NCBI GenBank assembly: GCA_963776245.1
Contig: CAVZLN010000008.1
Span: 364,721-428,720 of the forward strand
Source of the DNA: Candidatus Eiseniibacteriota bacterium
GTDB lineage: Bacteria > Eisenbacteria > RBG-16-71-46
Reading direction: 5' to 3'
DNA length: 64,000 bases
Position numbers and translations under genes: made by a program. The first letter of the stretch is position 1, and the number at the start of each line of letters is the position of its first letter. The notes under the pieces are model-generated. The model was given only the letters and a program-made list of their open reading frames with translations, was not told where the DNA came from and did no database searches. Below are positions 42,356 through 53,169 of this stretch, one piece after another.

Positions 42356-43837
42356 TCAGAAGCTCCAGGTGAGCGAGGCCTGCCACCAGGCCCGCCGATA
42401 GCCGATCTCGCTCTGCAGGCTCGAATCGCTGCGCCCGCCCTCGAGCGCGCAGGCGAGGGAGCGGGCGAACGTCCGCTCGACGCTGCCGCCGAGGGTGTAG
42501 AACGAGGTCGCCTCGCTGCCCTTCTCCCGTTGCCGGCCGGCCTGCCCGGTGGCGCCCAGCGTCCACTCCTCGCGCGGGTGCCACTCGGCCTCGGCGCCCG
42601 GGCCCCATTCGCGATGGAAGTCGGGAGCGTAGTAGCCGTGGTCGGGGTCCCGGCGCGTGTTGAGCTGCTCGGTGCCGAGACTGAGCGCGAGTTCGCCCCG
42701 TGGGCCGGAAGCCACCCGCCAGCGCGCCGCGGCGGCCACGCGCTCCGCGCGGTTCTGGTCGCTGTAGAGCCCCTCGCGCGCCACGGCGTGGAGCGTGAGC
42801 CGCTCGATCGGCGACAGGTCCACCGCGCCGGTCCAGCCCAGCATCGAGATGCCGAGCGCCAGCGCGCGGCGGGTGAGCACCGGTTCGCGCGCGACCACCG
42901 CCTCGAGGCGCACGCGATCCACCGGCCGGCACACCACGCCCAGCTCGCCGCCCGGCTCCACGCCGGGAGCGTCGCCCCAGTCGGTGTGGGCGAACGTGCC
43001 GTAGGCCGACCACACCACGTCGAATCGCGCCCGCAGCCCGGCGGAGAGCCGCAGCGGGTCGGCGGTGCCGTCGGCGTCCATCACGTTGTCGCGGTGCCAG
43101 CCGACCACGCCCGCGGCGCCGCGCGCGAGCGGCCAGCTCAGCTCCATGCCGGTCGAGCGCACGCGCAGCTCGTCGCTGTCGTCCGCGCGGCCGCCCTCGA
43201 TGCGCAGGCTGGCACCCTCCTCCCGCGCGATGCGGGCCGCCAGCTCGCGGGCCTCGCGGTCGTCGGACACGCGCCGCCCGTACGCATCGAGCGCCCGCCG
43301 CGCGCCGTCGGGGTCGCCATCCCAGTAGCGCGCGAACGCCAGCGCCTTGAGCGCGTCGGGATCGCTCCCGGGCTCGCCCGCCAGCGCCTCGAGTTGCCGC
43401 GCCGCGCGGCGGTGGCGGCCCTGCCAGTTCTCCTGCATCGCCAGCGCGAGCCGCGCCGCGGCGAGATCGGCGCGCAGTTCGTCCGCGCGCTCGGGATGGT
43501 CCGCCACCAGCCGCTCGTAGAGGACGACCGACTCGCGGGCGTGGCCCGCCTCGCCGGTGATCCCCGCCTGCAGCCAGCGCAGGCCGAACTCGTCTCCCCC
43601 GCTCGCGAGGGCCACCCGAAGCACGGCCAGCGCCGAGTCGTAGCGCGCGCCGTCGGCCAGCGCCCGCGCCACGTACCACGGATCGTCCGCCGTGGTCGGC
43701 GCGAGAGCGGCCGTGACGCGCGCCGGCTGCACCGCGCCGTTCGCCGGGCGGGCGGCGGCCGCCGGTGCCGCGGTCAGCGCGAGCCCGATGACGACCGCGA
43801 GGAGCGGGGCCCACCCATGCGTGCGCGCGGCGCTCAT
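42356..43837 (-). CDS. TPR + outer-membrane barrel protein, probable PgaA-like PNAG export porin
   Basis: Signal peptide, TPR-like helices, GYYAP motif, C-terminal LTWSF; lies inside the pga cluster. Confidence 0.68.
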   Translation of the reverse strand: MSAARTHGWAPLLAVVIGLALTAAPAAAARPANGAVQPARVTAALAPTTADDPWYVARALADGARYDSALAVLRVALASGGDEFGLRWLQAGITGEAGHARESVVLYERLVADHPERADELRADLAAARLALAMQENWQGRHRRAARQLEALAGEPGSDPDALKALAFARYWDGDPDGARRALDAYGRRVSDDREARELAARIAREEGASLRIEGGRADDSDELRVRSTGMELSWPLARGAAGVVGWHRDNVMDADGTADPLRLSAGLRARFDVVWSAYGTFAHTDWGDAPGVEPGGELGVVCRPVDRVRLEAVVAREPVLTRRALALGISMLGWTGAVDLSPIERLTLHAVAREGLYSDQNRAERVAAAARWRVASGPRGELALSLGTEQLNTRRDPDHGYYAPDFHREWGPGAEAEWHPREEWTLGATGQAGRQREKGSEATSFYTLGGSVERTFARSLACALEGGRSDSSLQSEIGYRRAWWQASLTWSF

Positions 43838-45102
43838 CGCTGGGACTTCCACTGGGACACCGCGCCGCGGCGCGTCCGGCGCACCAGGCCGCCCGGGGTG
43901 GCGAACACGGTGATGAGCGACATCAGCATCCAGTACACGATCGGATAGCTCACCGCGACCGGGAAGTGGCGCAGCACGGTGCGGTCGTAGCGCGAGTCGA
44001 GCAGCACGCCGGTGAGCAGCTGGGTCACGCACAGCGTGCCGATGGTCATGCCCCACCAGTTCGGGATCGGCGAGGCGCCGACCGGCGGCACGCCGACCGC
44101 GTACGAGAGCATCCACAGCGTGGTGAGCACCAGGAAGCAGTACGACCACGCGATCGAGAGCAGTGCCTCGTAGAACACCGGCCACATGCGGCGCATGCGC
44201 CAGGTGACCAGCAGGCGGGCGTGGCGGCGCAGCACCTGCGCCAGCCCGCTCGCCCAGCGCCGGCGCTGCTTGATGAGCGCGCCGAGCGTCGGTGGCACGT
44301 GCATCCACACCAGCGCGCGCGGCTCGTAGCGGACGTCGTACGCGGCGCACTGGAGCTTCCACGTCATGTCGATGTCCTCGGTGGCCATCTCGGGGCTGTA
44401 GCACCCGACGTCGACGAGCGCGCTCTTGCGGAACGCGCCCACCACGCCGGACATGGTGAGGATGCGTCCCCAGATGCGCTGCGCGCGGCGCAGCAGGCTC
44501 ACGATCGAGGTGAACTCGATCAGCTGGAGCTGGGACAGGAAGGTCACGCGGTTCGCGACGCGCGGGTTGCCGGTCACCCCGGCGACCCGCGCGGACTCGA
44601 AGTGGGGCACCATCCAGCGCAGGATCTGCGGGTCGGGGCAGGCGTCGGCGTCCATGACCAGCAGGATCTCGCCGCGCAGGCAGGGCAGGGCGTCGTTCAT
44701 CGCCATCGCCTTGCCCTCGTTGCGCTCCTTGGCGATCAGGCGCACCTTGCCGCGCTCCACGAACGGGCGCACCACCTCGCGGGTGGCATCGGTGGAGGCG
44801 TCGTCCACCACCACCACCTCGTAGCTCGGGTAGTCGATGCGGGTCGCCCAGTGCAGCGTCTGCGCGATGACCTTCTCCTCGCAGTACGCCGGGATCAGCA
44901 CCGTGACCATCGGGTAGCGCGCGAGCGGCCGCGGCTCGGGCGAGCCCTCGTCGCCGCGCTCGCGGCGCACGTAGAAGTGGAGCCCGGTGGTCACCCACAC
45001 CAGCGCGCTGAGCACCGGATAGACCGCGAAGAAGCCCAGCGCCCACGCGTACACGGGCTGGGTCTGCACCGCGACCAGGAAGTCGACCAGCGCGTGCTTC
45101 AT
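43834..45102 (-). CDS. pgaC: Poly-beta-1,6-GlcNAc synthase (GT2)
   Basis: DDASTD, GKAMAMN, DAD, VTGNPRV, TEDID, QRRRW. Confidence 0.9.
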   Translation of the reverse strand: MKHALVDFLVAVQTQPVYAWALGFFAVYPVLSALVWVTTGLHFYVRRERGDEGSPEPRPLARYPMVTVLIPAYCEEKVIAQTLHWATRIDYPSYEVVVVDDASTDATREVVRPFVERGKVRLIAKERNEGKAMAMNDALPCLRGEILLVMDADACPDPQILRWMVPHFESARVAGVTGNPRVANRVTFLSQLQLIEFTSIVSLLRRAQRIWGRILTMSGVVGAFRKSALVDVGCYSPEMATEDIDMTWKLQCAAYDVRYEPRALVWMHVPPTLGALIKQRRRWASGLAQVLRRHARLLVTWRMRRMWPVFYEALLSIAWSYCFLVLTTLWMLSYAVGVPPVGASPIPNWWGMTIGTLCVTQLLTGVLLDSRYDRTVLRHFPVAVSYPIVYWMLMSLITVFATPGGLVRRTRRGAVSQWKSQR

Positions 45103-45542
45103 CCCGATCGCTCCGGCGTGCTCTCCGGCGGCCGGCCCACCGGCCCGCCGGTGGCGTAGATCTTGGCGCCGTGGCGCACGCGGACCGACACCACCGCCGC
45201 CACCGTGCAGATATCGGGCACGGTCGGCATGAGCACCTCGCGGCCGACGGTGTCGTGCGAGAAGTCCTCTGTCACCGCCCGCACGCTCCGGCGCGCGCCG
45301 CGCCGGCGGAAGATCCACACGTTGTGGAGCGTCCAGGCGACGGTGAGCGCCACGATGACCACCAGCGCGATGGCGACGAACAGCAGCGTGTAGCGGATCT
45401 CGGACGCGCCCACGCGACGGAACACCAGCCACCACCAGTAGACGAACAGCGCCCAGCCGGCGATCGCCAGCACGGTGTGGAACGCGCGGCGGAGCGGCCC
45501 GGCCTGGGTCGGAGTGAGGCTCTGGCGATCTGGATCGACCAT
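45099..45542 (-). CDS. Small two-TM protein, PgaD-like
   Basis: Two TM helices then WTLHNVWIFRRRGARR; stop overlaps pgaC start. Confidence 0.62.
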   Translation of the reverse strand: MVDPDRQSLTPTQAGPLRRAFHTVLAIAGWALFVYWWWLVFRRVGASEIRYTLLFVAIALVVIVALTVAWTLHNVWIFRRRGARRSVRAVTEDFSHDTVGREVLMPTVPDICTVAAVVSVRVRHGAKIYATGGPVGRPPESTPERSG

Positions 45543-45768
45543 CGAGGACGTCCCTGCGCTCGAGTCGCGCGCCGGCGGACCGCGCCGCGGTGCGGCGGGC
45601 GGCCGGCACGGAGGGCCCCGGACTGGGGCCGACCCCAGAGCTATCGGCAGTTCGGGGCCCCGGCTGGAGGGCGGGGGAACGCGGCCGCCGCGGCCCGCGG
45701 AGGGGCGCCCACGGCGGGCGGGTCACGGCCCGCGGAGGCGCGGGTGGAGCGCGCCGCCGCGGTGAGCC

Positions 45769-46972
45769 CTACCAGCCTCCGCCGTGGGCGGGCGGCAGTG
45801 GGCGGGTCACGGTCTGCGGGGGCGCGGGGGTCGCGGGGAGCACCGGCGTCGCGGGCGGCGCGGCGCCGGGCGGCCCGGGCCGGGTGCGCGGGATGGAGTC
45901 CCCCGCGGTGCGGCGCGGCGCGTCGTGCTCGTCCTCGATCTCGCCCACGATCTCCTCGAGGATGTCCTCGAGCGTCACGATGCCGAGGAAGTGATGGTCG
46001 GCGTCGCGCACCACCGCCATCGGGCGCTTCTCGCGCCGGAAGATCTGCGAGCAGGCGCGCCACCGGCAGGTCGGGCGCGACGAACAGCGCGGGGTACATG
46101 GCGTCCATCAGGATCACCAGGCCGCGCAGGCTGAAGAGGTGGAACAGGTCCTTGGTGTTGACGATCCCGACGATGTTGTCGGGCGTGTGCTCCCACACCG
46201 GCATGCGGGTGTGCGCGGTCTCGCGGGCGGTCTCCAGCACCTCGGCCTCGGAGGCGGCGAGCGAGAGCGTCACCACCTTCTCGCGCGGCACCATCGCGTC
46301 GCGCACCGTCTTGTCCGACAGCTCGAACAGATTGCGCACGTAGGCCGCCTGGTCGGTGTCCATCAGGCCGGCCTCCTCGCTCTCCTCGACCAGCATGTCG
46401 AGCTCCTCGAGCGTGTGGACCTGCTCCTCGACCCGCGCCGGCGGCAGGCGCATGACGCGCACGAAGAACCCGCTCGAGACGTTGATGAACGCGATGAAGG
46501 GTCGGAACAGGCGCCCGAACAGGAGCAGCGGCCCGCCGAGCAGGAGCGCGATCTGCTCGGCGCGCTGGAGCGCGATGGCCTTGGGCACCTGCTCGCCCAG
46601 CACGGTGTGCAGGTAGGTGATGACGAGGAACGCGAGCGCGATGGCGGCGCCGTGGACGAACACCTCGTCGATCGGGTGCGGGAGGCGCGCGAACAGCGGC
46701 ACCAGCAGGTGGGCGATCGCGGGCTCGCCGATCCAGCCCAGCCCCAGGCTCGTGAAGGTGATGCCGAGCTGGCAGGCGGCGATGGTGCCGTTGATGTCCT
46801 CGATCGCCGCCTTCACGGCGGTCGCGCCGAACACGCCCTTGTCGACCAGTTCGTCGACGCGCGTCCACCGTACGGTGACGATCGCGAACTCGGCCGCCAC
46901 GAACACCGCGTTGAGCGCCACCAGCAGCGCCAGCCCGATCAGGGCCGAGGTATCGAGCAGGGGTTGGGGCAT
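45769..46972 (-). CDS. Hemolysin/CNNM family transporter (DUF21 + CBS pair; frameshift near 46045)
   Basis: [48 protein letters not shown]. Confidence 0.88.
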
Positions 46973-46991
46973 GGCGGGGTGGGGCGCGGCG

Positions 46992-47594
46992 CTACTCGTC
47001 GATCGCGCGGCGCCCGTCCATGGCGCGCGCCAGCGTGACGAGGTCCGAGTACTCCAGGTCCGAGCCCATCGGCACGCCGCGGGCGATGCGCGTGACGCGC
47101 ACCCCGAGCGGCTGGAGCAGCTTCGAGAGGTAGAGCGCGGTGGCCTCGCCCGCCACGTTGGGATTGGTGGCGAGGATGATCTCCTGCACCTCGCCGGCCT
47201 TCATGCGCTCGAGCAGCTGGCGGATGCGCAGGTCGTCGGGATTGGTGCCGTCGAGCGGCGAGAGCGCGCCGCCCAGCACGTGGTAGCGCCCGCGGAACTG
47301 CGCGGTGCGCTCGATCGCGAGCATGTCGGCCGGCTGCTCGACCACGCACAGCACGCGCGCGTCGCGCTGCGGGTCCTGGCACAGCGCGCACGGGTCGTCC
47401 TCGGCGAAGTTGCCGCACACCGAGCAGAAGCCCACGCGCTCCTTCACCGCGCGGATCGCCTCGGCGAGGCGCAGCGCGTCCTCGCGCGGCGCGCGCAGCA
47501 GGTGGAGCGCCAGGCGCTGGGCGCTCTTCTGCCCGATGGTGGGGAGCTTGAGCAGCTCGTCGATCAGGAGCTCGAGGTACTTGGAGGAGTACAT
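46992..47594 (-). CDS. recR: Recombination mediator RecR
   Basis: HhH motif IGQKSAQR, C4 zinc finger, [15 protein letters not shown]. Confidence 0.96.
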   Translation of the reverse strand: MYSSKYLELLIDELLKLPTIGQKSAQRLALHLLRAPREDALRLAEAIRAVKERVGFCSVCGNFAEDDPCALCQDPQRDARVLCVVEQPADMLAIERTAQFRGRYHVLGGALSPLDGTNPDDLRIRQLLERMKAGEVQEIILATNPNVAGEATALYLSKLLQPLGVRVTRIARGVPMGSDLEYSDLVTLARAMDGRRAIDE

Positions 47595-47613
47595 GGCGGA
47601 GGGGCCGGGCCGC

Positions 47614-47916
47614 TCAGAACGGCATCGCGATCCCGCCGGTGATCCTGGCGGTGGCCTCGTCCTTGTGCTTCTTCGCCGTGCCCTGCGCGTTCTTCACCGC
47701 GGTGACGATGAGGTCCTCCAGCAGCTCGCGGTCCGCGAGCGCCTCGGGCTTGATGCGCAGCTGCCGCAGCTCGCCATGACCGTTCACCGCCGCCTCGACC
47801 AGTCCGCCGCCGGCCGACTCGGCGGGCAGCAACTCGTTCTCGAGCGTCTCGTTCATCTCGGTCATCAGGCGCTGCATCTTCTGCGCGGTCTTCACCATGT
47901 CGCCGAAGCTCTTCAT
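47614..47916 (-). CDS. ybaB: YbaB/EbfC nucleoid-associated protein
   Basis: [20 protein letters not shown]; between dnaX and recR. Confidence 0.9.
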   Translation of the reverse strand: MKSFGDMVKTAQKMQRLMTEMNETLENELLPAESAGGGLVEAAVNGHGELRQLRIKPEALADRELLEDLIVTAVKNAQGTAKKHKDEATARITGGIAMPF

Positions 47917-49793
47917 CCGTCGATCCTCTCCTGGGTGCGCCCGGGGCGGCGCTCGATGACGTCGCCCTGGAAGAAATCGATCGCGCGCTCGATCAGCGGC
48001 GCGACGTCGGCGGCCACGGCGGGGCGGCGCGGTGCGAGCCCGGCCTCCTCGAGAGGCATGCAGAGCACCTCGAGCGGCCGTCCGAAGGCGCGGCACAGTT
48101 CCTCGACCAGCAGCGCGCGGTTGTCCTTCTCCTCGACCACCGCGCGGTGGAGCCCGTCCATCGCGACCCGCACGGTGCCGGCGCTGGCGCCGAGAAAACG
48201 ACAGTCCTCGAGGAACGCTCCGAGCATGCGCTTGCGCTGGTTGACGGCGGCGGTCGCCTGCTGCCAGCAGGTGGTGGCGTGCGCGTCCGGGGCCGGCGCC
48301 TCGGGTGCGGTCAGGACCGCGGTGGCACTCGGAGCGAATGCTGGCGCGCGCTCCGCCGATGCTTCCGCCGCGGGTGCCGTCATCGGCGCGGCGGACGGGC
48401 CGCGCGCGCGCAGCGGTCCGCCGCCACCGGCTGGCGGCGCGCTCGATCCGCCGCGCGGCAGGCCACCCGGCGCGGGCGCGGCGTTGGGCGCGTGCGCGGG
48501 CCCCGGTGCAGGGCGCGCGGGCGCCGCGCCCGGTGCCGGCGCCGAGGCCCGCAGGCCGCCACCCGGGGCGCGCGGCGTCGCCGCGGGTGCCGCCGCCGCG
48601 CCGGGCGCGCCCGCCAGCCGGCGTTCGAGCGCCTCGAGCCGCTCGAGCAGCGCGGCGAGCGTGTCGCCCGCCTCGAGGGTCGCCATCTGGAGCACCGCGG
48701 CCTCGAGGTGGATGAGCGGCTGCGGGCTGTCGCGCATCGGGCCCGAGGCCTCGGACGCCAGCCGCAGCAGGCGCAGCAGGTCGTTCTCGGCCCAGCCCTC
48801 GCCCTGCGCGCGCAGGCGCGCGAGGTCGTCGGGCGTGGCGGCCACCAGGTCGCCGCCCTCGGGATCCACCCGCAGGATGAGCAGGTGGCGGATGTGCTCG
48901 GCCAGCCCATCGGCCAGGTCGCGCGGGTCGAGGCCCTTCTCGAACGCCTCCTGCAGGCGCCGCAGCGCGGCCTTCGGATCGTGGTTCACGATGGCGTCGG
49001 CGAGCGCGAAGAACGCCTCGCGGTCGGCGATGCCCAGCACCCGGCGCACCAGTTCCTCGTCCACCGCGGGCTCGCCCGCCGAGACCACCTGGTCGAGCGC
49101 CGAGACCGCGTCGCGCATCGAGCCCTCGGACTTGTGCGCGATCAGCAGCGCAGCGCCCTCGGTGAGCGTGAAGCGCGTGCCCTCGGGGTCCGCGGCCTCG
49201 GCCGTCTGGATCGCGAGCACGCGGTCGGCCACCCGGCGCAGCGGGACGCGCGCGAAGTCGAAGCGCTGGGTGCGCGAGCGGATGGTGTCGGGCAGCTTCT
49301 GCGGATCGGTGGTGGCGAAGATGAACACCAGGTGCGCCGGCGGCTCCTCGAGCGTCTTGAGCAGCGCCGCGAATGCGTCGGCCGAGAGCTGGTGGACCTC
49401 GTCGATGATGACCACCCGCCAGCCGCCGCCGGTGGGCGAGAACCGCACCTTCTCGCGCAACTGCTGCACGTCGGCGATGCCGCGGTTCGAGGCCCCGTCG
49501 ATCTCGGTGACGTCGAGCGAGATGCCGCTGGTGATCTCGGTGCACGAGTGGCACGCATTGCACGGGTCGGCGCCCTTCTGCACGCCGGCGCGGCGCCGCT
49601 GGCAGTTGAGCGACTTGGCGAGGATGCGCGCGGCGCTGGTCTTGCCCACCCCGCGGGCGCCGGTGAACAGGTAGGCGTGCGCGATCCGGTGGCTCTCGAC
49701 TGCGCGGGTCAGCACGTCGCTCACGTGGCTCTGCCCGACCAGATCGGCGAAGACCTGGGGCCGGTACTTGAGAGTGAGTGCGCGTTGGCTCAT
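47913..49793 (-). CDS. dnaX: DNA polymerase III subunit gamma/tau
   Basis: KYRPQVF, GARGVGKTS, EIDGASN, IIDEVH, LKTLEEPP, GSMRDA. Confidence 0.96.
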   Translation of the reverse strand: MSQRALTLKYRPQVFADLVGQSHVSDVLTRAVESHRIAHAYLFTGARGVGKTSAARILAKSLNCQRRRAGVQKGADPCNACHSCTEITSGISLDVTEIDGASNRGIADVQQLREKVRFSPTGGGWRVVIIDEVHQLSADAFAALLKTLEEPPAHLVFIFATTDPQKLPDTIRSRTQRFDFARVPLRRVADRVLAIQTAEAADPEGTRFTLTEGAALLIAHKSEGSMRDAVSALDQVVSAGEPAVDEELVRRVLGIADREAFFALADAIVNHDPKAALRRLQEAFEKGLDPRDLADGLAEHIRHLLILRVDPEGGDLVAATPDDLARLRAQGEGWAENDLLRLLRLASEASGPMRDSPQPLIHLEAAVLQMATLEAGDTLAALLERLEALERRLAGAPGAAAAPAATPRAPGGGLRASAPAPGAAPARPAPGPAHAPNAAPAPGGLPRGGSSAPPAGGGGPLRARGPSAAPMTAPAAEASAERAPAFAPSATAVLTAPEAPAPDAHATTCWQQATAAVNQRKRMLGAFLEDCRFLGASAGTVRVAMDGLHRAVVEEKDNRALLVEELCRAFGRPLEVLCMPLEEAGLAPRRPAVAADVAPLIERAIDFFQGDVIERRPGRTQERIDG

Positions 49794-49817
49794 GGGCGTG
49801 CGCGTACCGGAGGGAAA

Positions 49818-49915
49818 GGGCCAGGGGGACAGCGGCACACCCGAGGGATCGCTTACCGCTGCTACCTTCCGGTCCTGACGGGGTTCACAAGCTCGAGTTG
49901 CGCTGCGCCTGGCCC
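49818..49915 (-). ncRNA. ffs: Signal recognition particle RNA (small type)
   Basis: Domain IV motif GTCAGGACCGGAAGGTAGCAGC; terminal stem GGGCCAGG/CCTGGCCC; usual position upstream of dnaX. Confidence 0.93.
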
Positions 49916-49924
49916 ATATGGAAA

Positions 49925-50000
49925 TGGTGGAGATGATCGGATTCGAACCGACGACCCCCTCGTTGCGAACGAGGTGCTCTCCCAGCTGAGCTACATCCCC
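49925..50000 (-). tRNA. tRNA-Ala(CGC)
   Basis: GGGGATGTAGCTCAGCTGGGAGAGCA, anticodon arm CCTCG-TTCGCAA-CGAGG, G3:U70 pair, CCA end. Confidence 0.96.
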
Positions 50001-50077
50001 ACCTGAACTCAAGAAGTGTCCCGACGGCAGCGCCCCGGAGCGGCTCCGGGGCGACCGTCAGCCGCCGAGCGGGCGCC

Positions 50078-50105
50078 ATTCTAGCGGTTCGCCCGCCGAG
50101 GTCAA
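50078..50105 (-). promoter_or_regulatory. sigma70 promoter for tRNA-Ala-ffs-dnaX
   Basis: TTGACC-N16-TAGAAT followed by a GC-rich discriminator. Confidence 0.62.
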
Positions 50106-50139
50106 GCCGTGCATGCCCGCGGCGCCGCGCCGCGGCCGC

Positions 50140-51114
50140 TCATCCGGAATGCGGACGAGTGTCGCCCCGGGCATCGGCACCATCCGGAGCCGGCACCGCT
50201 GGCGCCGGCCTCGGCCAGCGCAGCGAGGCCCATACCGACAGCGCCAGGATCGCCGCCACCACGATGAGCGAGACCAGCGTCGGCACCTTCACCACGTCCA
50301 TCATCATCATCTTGCCGCCGACGAACATGAGGATGGCCGAGAGCCCGTAGTGCAGGTGGTGGAAGAGTGTCATGAAGCCCGCCAGGGCGAAGTAGAGCGC
50401 GCGCAGCCCGAGGATCGCGAATGCGTTCGAGGCGTACGCGATGAACGGGTCGCGCGTGATCGCCAGCACCGCGGGGATCGAGTCCACCGCGAACAGGAGG
50501 TCGGTGGTCTCGACCAGGACCAGCACCACCAGCATCGGGGTGGCCAGCCAGCGCCCGGCGCGGCGCACCACGAACCGCCCGTCGATGGGACCCTCCACCA
50601 TCGGAACGATGCGGCGGAACAGCCGGATCACCGGGTTGCGCTCCGGCTCGATCACCTGGTCCTTCTGCCTCCACATCTTGATCCCGGACACGATGAGGAT
50701 CGCCCCGAACAGGTAGATGAGTCCATGGAAGCGCTCGAGCAACGCCACTCCCGCGAGGATGAACCCGAGCCGCATGACGAGCGCGCCCAGGATGCCCCAG
50801 AACAGCACGCCGTGCTGGAACCGGGCCGGCACCTGGAAGTACGCGAAGACGAGCAGGAAGACGAACAGGTTGTCGACGCTCAGGGACTTCTCGATCAGGT
50901 AGGCCGTCAGGAACTCGAGGCCCACCTGCGGGCCGCGCCACCACCACAGCCCGACGTTGAAGGCGAGCGCGAGCGCGATCCACACCACGCTCCAGCCCAC
51001 CGCCTCGCGCAGGTGCACCGCGTGCGGCCGGCGGTGGAACACCAGCAGGTCCACCAGCAGCATCGCGAGGATGAACAGGTTGAGCGCGATCCAGGCCCAG
51101 CCGATGGAGGTCAC
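50140..51114 (-). CDS. TerC/Alx family membrane protein
   Basis: EKSLSVDNLFVF, ETTDLLFAVDSIPA, NAFAILGLRALYF. Confidence 0.93.
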   Translation of the reverse strand: MTSIGWAWIALNLFILAMLLVDLLVFHRRPHAVHLREAVGWSVVWIALALAFNVGLWWWRGPQVGLEFLTAYLIEKSLSVDNLFVFLLVFAYFQVPARFQHGVLFWGILGALVMRLGFILAGVALLERFHGLIYLFGAILIVSGIKMWRQKDQVIEPERNPVIRLFRRIVPMVEGPIDGRFVVRRAGRWLATPMLVVLVLVETTDLLFAVDSIPAVLAITRDPFIAYASNAFAILGLRALYFALAGFMTLFHHLHYGLSAILMFVGGKMMMMDVVKVPTLVSLIVVAAILALSVWASLRWPRPAPAVPAPDGADARGDTRPHSG

Positions 51115-51163
51115 GGAAGTCCCCGGGTGAGGGAGTGGTGGGGCGGGGGCGGCCGGTGATGGA

Positions 51164-51254
51164 TGGCGGAGAGAGTGGGATTCGAACCCACGAGGCGGTA
51201 TAAGCGCCTACACGATTTCCAATCGTGCTCCTTCAACCGCTCGGACATCTCTCC
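51164..51254 (-). tRNA. tRNA-Ser(GGA)
   Basis: GGAGAGATGTCCGAGCGG, arm CACGA-TTGGAAA-TCGTG, long variable arm, GCCA end. Confidence 0.96.
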
Positions 51255-51488
51255 GCACCGGCCGCAGAGGCCGCGGGCATGGATACCACGCGCGCCGCGG
51301 CCCCGGCAACTGCGGGCGAAGTGGCGTCCCCCGGTCCATCGACGCGCCGCGGCCGAAGCATCCGGGCGACCCGCGACCGCCCCCGCATAGGCGTTCCGCG
51401 CCGCCGTGCTCTACAATGTCCTCCGCTTCCCTGCACCGGACGGCGCCCGCGTGTGACCGCTCCGATCCCATCTCCGGAGATCCGCCCC

Positions 51489-52780
51489 ATGCGACTTCGC
51501 CCCTGCGCGCTCCTGCTGTGCTCGGCCGCGGTACTCGGCCTGTCCCTGGCCCCGGCCCTCGCCGCCCGCGCCCGCGCACAGGGCCATGGCGGCGGCGCCA
51601 CCCCACCGTCGCATGGCGCGGGCGAGGGGCCCACGCTGCCGGCCGAGGACATCACCCGGATCGGCCAGATGGCCGCCGACAGCGCGAGCGGCGAGCAGGC
51701 GATCGCCGAGTTGAGGGCGTTCCTCGCCCGCAAGCCCGAGGGCATGTACCGGCAATGGGCGTTCAACACCATCCTGCTCGCGCAACTGCGCCGGCATGCG
51801 CCGGTCGGCGACGTGATCGCCGCGGCCGAGAGCCTCTCCACCGTGCTGCCGGACGATTACCAGCGCCGCGTCGGCTTCTACGCCGGGCTCGCCGAGGTGC
51901 TCGCCGACATCCCGGGCGGCGTGGCGCCGGGGCTCGGATACGCCCGCAAGGCGCTCGCCGAGGTGCCGCCCACGCCCGACGCGATGCCCGCGCTCGCGGT
52001 CGCGCAGACCGCCGAAGCGTTGCTGTTGATGCGGAGCGGCGACACGCAGCAGGCCATCGCCCTGCTCACCGAGGCGCTGCCGAGCGCGCCCGACAGCCAG
52101 CGCGTGCTGGTGCGGCTGGGGCGGGCGCACGAGCAGGCCAAGCAGGACGACGCGGCGATCGGATACTACGTGCGCGCGATGGGATCGTTCCCGGGCGGCG
52201 ACTCCACGGCGCTCGAGCCCCTGCGCTCGCGCGTGGACGCGCCGGTACGGTTCGCTCAAGGGCCTCGACCAGCGCGTGAGCGCGCAGCGCGCCGCGGCGC
52301 TCCGGCGCGTGGCGCTCGAGCAGCGCGGCGATGATCGCGGTGGCGCCCGACTTCAGCCTGCCGCGCCTCGACGACACCACCCGGACCGTCACCATGCGGT
52401 CGTTCAAGGGCAAGGTGGTGCTGGTGGACTTCTGGGGCTCGTGGTGCGGACCCTGCCGCATGGAGATGCCGCTGTTCCAGGCGCTCGCCGAGAAGTACAA
52501 GGGCCGCGCCGACGTCGCGTTCCTGGGCGTCAACTGGGAGCGTCCGGGCGACCCCGCCAAGCGCCGCGAACTCGCCAACGAGTTCCTCAAGACGAACAAC
52601 CTCACGTTCGCCAGCGTGTACGACCTCGGGGGCCACGTGGTGAAGGACTTCGGGGTCGAGGGCTTCCCCACCGTGTTCGTGGTGGACCGCGCCGGCAAGG
52701 TGCGGTACGCCAACCGCGGGTACGGGCCGGGCATCGACCAGATCCTCGAGACCCAGCTGCTCTCGCTGCTCGGCAAGTAG
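51489..52780 (+). CDS. Exported TPR + TlpA/ResA-type thiol-disulfide oxidoreductase (frameshifts near 52230 and 52328)
   Basis: Signal peptide and TPR-like helices, then APDFSL...DFWGSWCGPC...GFPT. Confidence 0.78.
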
Positions 52781-53169
52781 CCGCGGCCGGGGCGGCGCCC
52801 GGATACGAGCGAGGCACCTCGCTTGCGCGGGGCGCCTCGTCGTGGTCCTGGGCAGGCTCCGGGGGCTCGTCTGCCGCGTGCGGTGCCGCTCAGGAGATCG
52901 GGATGGAGTCCTAGGCCTCGGTCGAGCGCATCTCGCGCTTCGCGAAGCGGTGAGATGCGCGATCGTCATGCGGCCGGCATGCGACTGCGAAAGACGTCTT
53001 CGGTCTAGATTCGGGGCGCCCCGGGTGGGGCGCCCCGTCCGTTCCAGTCCGCCCCTGCCAGGGTCGGACTTGACTGCGGCGGCGCTCTTGCGAACACCGC
53101 CCGCGGACCGCCACGCGGTCCGCTTCAACCCGCCGCGCGTGGGTCCACGCGTCGGGTCGGGGGACGACT

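Noticed and set aside
47913..49793. Programmed frameshift in dnaX
   Set aside because: ORF is continuous and no A-rich slippery run is visible
51115..51163. yybP-ykoY manganese riboswitch before the TerC gene
   Set aside because: Only about 50 nt separate the tRNA from the start codon, and no motif is seen
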